DNA from: Bdellovibrionota bacterium
GTDB taxonomy: Bacteria; Bdellovibrionota; FAC87; UBA2466
Direction of reading: 5' to 3'
DNA: 56,588 nucleotides
NCBI GenBank assembly: GCA_041736915.1
Contig: JBGSST010000238.1
Span: 1 to 56,588, forward strand
In this document: positions 51,734-56,588 of the stretch, piece by piece
How positions within the stretch are numbered: the first letter of the stretch is position 1
How the letters are laid out: the number at the start of each line of letters is the position of its first letter
Program-made: the position numbers and the translations under genes
Notes under the pieces: model-generated
The model's database searches: none
Told to the model about the DNA's origin: nothing
Seen by the model: the letters and a program-made list of their open reading frames with translations, nothing else

Positions 51734-53095
51734 ATGGTTTTGCGGAGAGTTTTGGTCGTAGACGACGAGTCCAATATCCTGGCCTCGTTAAAGGGAGTCC
51801 TCGAAGACGAGGGCTATGTGGTGGAGACTGCCTCCTCCGCCGAAGAGGCGTTGAAGAAGTTCAACTCCTTCCAGCCCGACATCGTTCTACTCGACATCTG
51901 GATGCCGGGCGAAGACGGCATCTGGGTTTTGGAGAAGATCAAAGGCAAAGACCCGCAAGCGTTGGTGCTCATGATGTCCGGCCACGGCACGGTGGAAACC
52001 GCCGTGCGCACCATCAAGCTAGGGGCGTTCGATTTTCTCGAGAAACCGCTGCAGTTCGACAAGCTGCTGCTGATGATGGACCACGCCTTCGAGCTGAAAC
52101 GCCTCAAGGCCGAAAACCAGTATTTGAAGACCGAACTGGGCAGCGACGAGCCGATATTGGGAAATAGCAATCCCGTGCTGGCGTTGAAGAAATTGATTGG
52201 TGTAGTCGCTCCGTCCAATGGCTGGGTGCTGGTGCACGGCGAAAACGGCACGGGCAAAGAGCTGGTCGCCCGCTCGCTTCACCGCGCCAGTCCGCGCGCC
52301 CGCGGCCCGTTCATCGCGGTGAACTGCGCGGCGGTGCCCGAAGAGCTGGTGGAGAGCGAACTGTTCGGCCACGAGCGCGGCAGCTTTACCGGCGCGAACG
52401 AACGGCGCATCGGCAAGTTCGAGCTGGCCCACAAGGGTACGCTTTTTCTCGACGAAGTGGGCGACATGAGCCCCAAGATGCAGGCCAAGATTTTGCGCGC
52501 GCTGCAAGAGTGTCACATTCAGCGCGTGGGGGGTGAATCCACCATCGAAATCGATGTTCGCGTCATTGCCGCGACCAACAAAGATTTGAAACGCGAGATC
52601 GCCCAAGGCCGGTTCCGCGAAGATCTGTTTTACCGCCTTAACGTGATCCCCATCGCCATGCCGCCGCTGCGTGACCGCAAGGAAGATATTCCAGAGCTGG
52701 TCGACTATTTCGTGCGCCGTTACTCATTAGGCAAGACCAAGAAAGTTTCGCCGAAGGTGCGTGATTGGATGCTGGGGTACGACTGGCCGGGCAACATCCG
52801 TGAGCTTAAGAACTGGTGCGAGCGGGCCTGCCTGCTAAGCCAAGACGAATGGCTCGAAATCCCGGACTTGAATCCGGTGACGGAAGCTACCGAGGCCGGT
52901 GCCGCCGATGCGGAGGCCAAGTCGCTCAAAATCGCGCGGGCCGCCTTCGAGAAGCGGTTCATCATGCAGATTCTGTCGGAAAACGGCGGCAACATTTCGA
53001 AGACGGCACACTGTTTGGGGTTAGAGCGCAGCCATCTTCATAAAAAAATTAAGGGCTACGGCATCGACGTACAGTCCTTGGGGGGTAACTCATGA
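51734..53095 (+). CDS. Sigma-54-dependent response regulator (NtrC/NtrX family)
   Basis: Receiver VLVVDDE...LLDIWMPG. AAA+ GENGTGKELVARSLH, ESELFGHERGSFTGA, RVIAATN. C-terminal HTH NISKTAHCLGLERSHLHKKIK. Confidence 0.9.
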   Translation: MVLRRVLVVDDESNILASLKGVLEDEGYVVETASSAEEALKKFNSFQPDIVLLDIWMPGEDGIWVLEKIKGKDPQALVLMMSGHGTVETAVRTIKLGAFDFLEKPLQFDKLLLMMDHAFELKRLKAENQYLKTELGSDEPILGNSNPVLALKKLIGVVAPSNGWVLVHGENGTGKELVARSLHRASPRARGPFIAVNCAAVPEELVESELFGHERGSFTGANERRIGKFELAHKGTLFLDEVGDMSPKMQAKILRALQECHIQRVGGESTIEIDVRVIAATNKDLKREIAQGRFREDLFYRLNVIPIAMPPLRDRKEDIPELVDYFVRRYSLGKTKKVSPKVRDWMLGYDWPGNIRELKNWCERACLLSQDEWLEIPDLNPVTEATEAGAADAEAKSLKIARAAFEKRFIMQILSENGGNISKTAHCLGLERSHLHKKIKGYGIDVQSLGGNS

Positions 53096-54165
53096 GCATC
53101 AGTTTGATGAGCGGTATCGCACGGCGCAAAACCCGTGAGATCACGGTGGGCGATCTAAAACTCGGGGCCAACAACCCCATCCGCGTGCAGTCCATGTGTA
53201 CGCCAAAGACGGAAGACATCGAAGGCATCGTGAAGCAGGTGGACGAACTCGTAGCCGCCGGTTGCGAAATCATCCGCATCACGGTGAACGACCAAGAGGC
53301 CGCCGATGCGATGCCCACCCTGATGACGCGGATCAAGATCCCCGTCATCGGCGACATTCATTTTGACTACAAGATGGCCATGGCCGCCATCAAAGCGGGT
53401 GTACATTGCGTGCGCATCAATCCCGGCAACATCGGCCCCGAGTGGAAAACGCTCGAAGTGGTGAAGGCGGCGAAGGATGCCGGCATCGCCATCCGCATCG
53501 GCGTGAACGCCGGCTCGCTGGAAAAGCCGCTGCTGAAAAAATACGGCCACCCCACGCCCGAGGCGCTGGTGGAAAGTGCGTTGGCCTCCATTGCGCTCGT
53601 CGAGGCTCAGGGCTTCTATAATTTCAAAGTTTCGATCAAATCGTCTGACGTCGTGAATAACTACCGCGCCTACGATCTTCTCAGCCAGAAGACCGAAGCG
53701 CCGTTGCATCTCGGCGTCACCGAAGCAGGAACCCGCCACTACGGCGCCGTAAAGTCGGCCGTGGGAATGGGCAGCCTGCTCCTTGCCGGAATCGGCGATA
53801 CCATCCGCGTCTCGCTCTCCACCGATCCGGTGGAAGAGGTAAAGACGGGCGTCTACATCCTGAAGTCGCTGGGCCTTAAAAACGATGCCCCGGAAATTAT
53901 CAGCTGCCCGAGTTGCGGACGCGCCGACATCGACGTGTACAAACTCGCCGAAGAGGTTGAGCGAAGAGCGTTGGGGCTCAAGAAGAACATCAAGATCGCG
54001 GTCATGGGCTGTGTGGTGAATGGTCCCGGAGAGTCCATGGAAGCGGATATCGGCATTGCCGGCGGCAAGGGCGAAGGTCTCGTCTACAAAAAGGGTAAAC
54101 CCATTGGGAAAGTGCCTGAAGACAAGATGCTCGAGTTTTTAATGGCTGAAATCGAGAAGATGTAA
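53092..54165 (+). CDS. ispG: 4-hydroxy-3-methylbut-2-en-1-yl diphosphate synthase (flavodoxin)
   Basis: VGDLKLGANNPIRVQSM, RINPGNIG, ISCPSCGR, VMGCVVNGPGE. The start overlaps the response-regulator stop (ATGA). Confidence 0.92.
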   Translation: MSISLMSGIARRKTREITVGDLKLGANNPIRVQSMCTPKTEDIEGIVKQVDELVAAGCEIIRITVNDQEAADAMPTLMTRIKIPVIGDIHFDYKMAMAAIKAGVHCVRINPGNIGPEWKTLEVVKAAKDAGIAIRIGVNAGSLEKPLLKKYGHPTPEALVESALASIALVEAQGFYNFKVSIKSSDVVNNYRAYDLLSQKTEAPLHLGVTEAGTRHYGAVKSAVGMGSLLLAGIGDTIRVSLSTDPVEEVKTGVYILKSLGLKNDAPEIISCPSCGRADIDVYKLAEEVERRALGLKKNIKIAVMGCVVNGPGESMEADIGIAGGKGEGLVYKKGKPIGKVPEDKMLEFLMAEIEKM

Positions 54166-54199
54166 TGCCCGAGAGTCGTTAGTAGAAAGTAGAGAGTTT

Positions 54200-55627
54200 A
54201 TGGCAGAGAGAATTACGCCCCGAGAGAAAGATTTTTCGCAGTGGTACCTGGATATCATCCAGCAAGCGCAGCTGGCGGACAACTCGCCCGTGCGTGGTTG
54301 CATGGTGCTTCGCCCCAACGGTTACGCCCTATGGGAAGTCGTGCAGGAACACCTGAACAAAGCGTTTAAGGCGACCGGTCACCGCAACGCTTATTTTCCG
54401 ATGTTCATTCCGCAGAGCTTTTTGCAGAAAGAGAAAGACCACGTCGACGGTTTTCTCCCGCAGTGCGCGGTCGTTACCCACGGTGGCGGCAAAGAGCTGG
54501 AAGAGCCGCTGATCGTTCGCCCCACGTCGGAAACGATCATCAACGCGATGTACTCGAAATGGATTCAAAGCTATCGCGACTTGCCGGTGCTGATTAACCA
54601 GTGGGCCAACGTGGTTCGCTGGGAGCTACGCACGCGCCCGTTTCTGCGTACGGTGGAGTTTCTTTGGCAAGAGGGTCATACCTGCCACGAAACCGACACC
54701 GAAGCGCTGAAAGAAACGCTGAAGATGTTGGACGTGTACCAGACGTTCATGCGCGAAATTTTTGCGATCCCGACCATCGCCGGTGAGAAGACGCCGAGTG
54801 AAAAGTTCGCGGGCGCGGCGCAAACGTACTGTCTGGAAGCCATGATGCAGGACAAGAAAGCCTTGCAGGGAGCCACATCGCATTACTTCGCGGATCGTTT
54901 CGCGAAGGTGTTCGACATCAAGTTCCAAAGCCGCGCGGGCAAGCAAGAGTACGTGCACCAGACGAGCTGGGGTATTTCCACCCGCATCGTCGGCGCGCTG
55001 ATCATGACCCACTCGGACGACCAAGGGCTGGTGATTCCTCCCAAGGCCGCACCGTTGCCGGTAGTGATCATTCCGATTCTGCCCAAGGGCAAAGAGCCCG
55101 CGCCGATTCTCGCCGTGTGCGACAAAATAAAAACGGAGCTCTCCAAGCACCTCGTCTGCAAAGTGGACGATCGGGACAACGTCAGCCCCGGCTTCAAGTT
55201 CAACCAGTGGGAAGTCGAAGGCATTCCGCTGCGTATCGAAGTGGGACCGCGCGATCTGGAGAACAACCAGGTGCAGCTCGCCCGCCGCGACGGCAAAAAG
55301 CGATTGGTTAGCGTCGACAGCGTCGTAACCGAAGCGCTCAGCGACTTAGACAATTTTCAAAAAGACCTCTACGCGAAAGCGTCGGCGTTCTTGAAAGAAA
55401 ACACGTTCCTCGAGGACGATTACGAGCAGTTCAAAAAGAAACTCGAGGAGAAGCCGGGCTTTTACCAGATGCACTGGTGCGGCAAGGACCAATGTGAATT
55501 GAAAGTGAAAGAAGACACCAAGGCGACGATTCGCTGTGTGCCCTTCGATCAGATCAAAGAAAAAGGAAAATGCATCTACTGTGCTGGCCCTTCGGGCGGC
55601 CGGGTCATTTTCGCAAGAAATTACTAA
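54200..55627 (+). CDS. proS: Proline--tRNA ligase (archaeal/eukaryote-like short type)
   Basis: DFSQWYLDIIQQAQLAD..PVRGCMVLRPNGYALWE, FPMFIP, VRWE.R.RPFLRT.EFLWQEGHT, SWGISTR, and the C-terminal Zn-like CIYCAG. Confidence 0.92.
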   Translation: MAERITPREKDFSQWYLDIIQQAQLADNSPVRGCMVLRPNGYALWEVVQEHLNKAFKATGHRNAYFPMFIPQSFLQKEKDHVDGFLPQCAVVTHGGGKELEEPLIVRPTSETIINAMYSKWIQSYRDLPVLINQWANVVRWELRTRPFLRTVEFLWQEGHTCHETDTEALKETLKMLDVYQTFMREIFAIPTIAGEKTPSEKFAGAAQTYCLEAMMQDKKALQGATSHYFADRFAKVFDIKFQSRAGKQEYVHQTSWGISTRIVGALIMTHSDDQGLVIPPKAAPLPVVIIPILPKGKEPAPILAVCDKIKTELSKHLVCKVDDRDNVSPGFKFNQWEVEGIPLRIEVGPRDLENNQVQLARRDGKKRLVSVDSVVTEALSDLDNFQKDLYAKASAFLKENTFLEDDYEQFKKKLEEKPGFYQMHWCGKDQCELKVKEDTKATIRCVPFDQIKEKGKCIYCAGPSGGRVIFARNY

Positions 55628-55651
55628 TTTTGAACCCTTAGTGGAGACTTT

Positions 55652-56588
55652 ATGAGCAAACAAATTTTGGTGAATGCGAGTTCTTACGAAACTCGCGTAG
55701 CCATCCTGGAAGACGGCGAGATCAAAGCGCTGCATATCGAGCGCGAAGAAGACAAGAACGTCGTCGGCAATGTTTACAAGGGCGTAGTGAAACGCGTGCT
55801 GCCCGGCATGCAGGCGGCCTTCCTAGAGCTGGGTTTAGAGCGTACGGCGTTCCTGTACGTCGATGACATCATCGACGAGCCCTTCGGTCGCGACATCGAG
55901 TACCTCGATGACGATGAAGACGGTGAAGGCAGCGGCGAAAGCTACGACGACGAAGAAGACGGCGACAAGGAAGAGGGCGAAGAGGCCTCGGCCAAAACCG
56001 CCGAAGAGATTGAGCGCGATACCGAGCGCTTTGCTCGCCGGCCGCGTGGTCGTTCGGGCCACCGTGGTACCCCGCGCGCCCCGCGTGACGAAAAGGAAGT
56101 CAAAGAGGCCAAAGAAGAAGTCGGCCGCGAGACTCCCGCCGTCGCCAAAGAGGCTGCACCGAAAAAAGACGCCGCTCCGAAGAAGGACGAGGCGAAGCCG
56201 CTAGCCGCTAAAGCGGACGCCCCGGAAGGCGCTTCCGAGGAAGTGGACGAGGAAGAGTATCCGGAACTCGAGCCGAGCTACGAGCGCGGCATCGAAGACG
56301 AAGATGAAGACGAAGACGAGGACGACGAGGATTGGGACGGCGAAGACGACGACGGTGACCTTGACGAAGACGACGCCGACGATGAAGACGAGCCGGAAGC
56401 GGTAGTTCCCGCCAAAAAGCCGGTTCCGCCCACGCGTGAAGCGCGTAAACCGACTCCGCCCGTTATCGAGGCTGGTCCGGTAAAGGCCGAGGGTGGTGAA
56501 GATCGCCCGCCGCGTGAAGAGCGCGGACGTGAGCCGGCCCCCTCTCGGGGCGCCGAGCGGGATCGTGGCGGACGCGGCGGTGGAGATC
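55652..56588 (+). CDS. Rne/Rng family ribonuclease (RNase E/G), 5' part, runs off the window
   Basis: Not in the ORF track because there is no stop. Hand translation from ATG 55652: MSKQILVNASSYETRVAILEDGEIKALHIEREEDKNVVGNVYKGVVKRVLPGMQAAFLELGLERTAFLYVDD. This is collinear with the RNase E/G N-terminal S1 region and is followed by >230 aa of charged low-complexity sequence. Confidence 0.8.
   Translation, partial: MSKQILVNASSYETRVAILEDGEIKALHIEREEDKNVVGNVYKGVVKRVLPGMQAAFLELGLERTAFLYVDDIIDEPFGRDIEYLDDDEDGEGSGESYDDEEDGDKEEGEEASAKTAEEIERDTERFARRPRGRSGHRGTPRAPRDEKEVKEAKEEVGRETPAVAKEAAPKKDAAPKKDEAKPLAAKADAPEGASEEVDEEEYPELEPSYERGIEDEDEDEDEDDEDWDGEDDDGDLDEDDADDEDEPEAVVPAKKPVPPTREARKPTPPVIEAGPVKAEGGEDRPPREERGREPAPSRGAERDRGGRGGGD

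Overview
High-GC Gram-negative bacterial chromosome segment: about 50 protein genes, one tRNA, no rRNA, no CRISPR array, and no integrase or transposase. All calls come from reading the sequence and the ORF track by eye. No searches were run. Motif-level coordinates were derived by hand from codon counts.

Layout:
- 1-13.2 kb: TetR and LysR regulators, several secreted or lipoprotein hypotheticals, a membrane Fe-S (HdrD/DsrK-like) oxidoreductase, a carbon-nitrogen hydrolase, a glutathione cluster (ggt-gshB overlapping, convergent glutaredoxin) and a DNA alkylation repair protein.
- 13.9-23.3 kb: one 9.3-kb gene for a 3113-aa surface protein. It has six plus one ~70-aa tandem repeats, beta-helix-like modules, a C-terminal peptidase C25 (gingipain-like) domain and a tripartite C-terminal sorting signal.
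- 23.4-27.4 kb: the most interesting part, a compact RiPP-like cluster. It contains a radical SAM/SPASM maturase, a PqqD-like RRE, an HPr-kinase-like P-loop protein, a 59-61-aa precursor peptide ending in Ser, a soluble SipW/Sec11-type (S26B) peptidase and a DIDLLV-type nucleotidyltransferase. There is no lasso cyclase.
- 27.4-29.3 kb: a 1.8-kb low-GC insertion carrying a radical SAM/SPASM-methyltransferase fusion. It is flanked by a duplicated copy of the original convergent gene junction.
- 29.3-34.2 kb: a lipase-like hydrolase, a beta-helix protein gene interrupted by an in-frame TAG, a lipoprotein, and tRNA-Arg(CCG).
- 34.4-56.6 kb: lipoproteins, an M28 peptidase, a DUF4189-like protein, YceI, a DMT transporter interrupted by an in-frame TAA, a GFA protein, a coiled-coil lipoprotein, and an overlapping operon of cysteine desulfurase, mnmA, mtaB and a TetR gene. 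These are followed by an NtrY-like kinase with a sigma54 response regulator, ispG, proS, and the 5' part of an RNase E/G gene with a long charged insertion.

Taxonomy is only a guess: Bdellovibrionota or a Myxococcota-like 'delta' lineage. The guess rests on a TIGR02147-like HTH protein, many lipoproteins and a Cys-containing C-terminal sorting signal.
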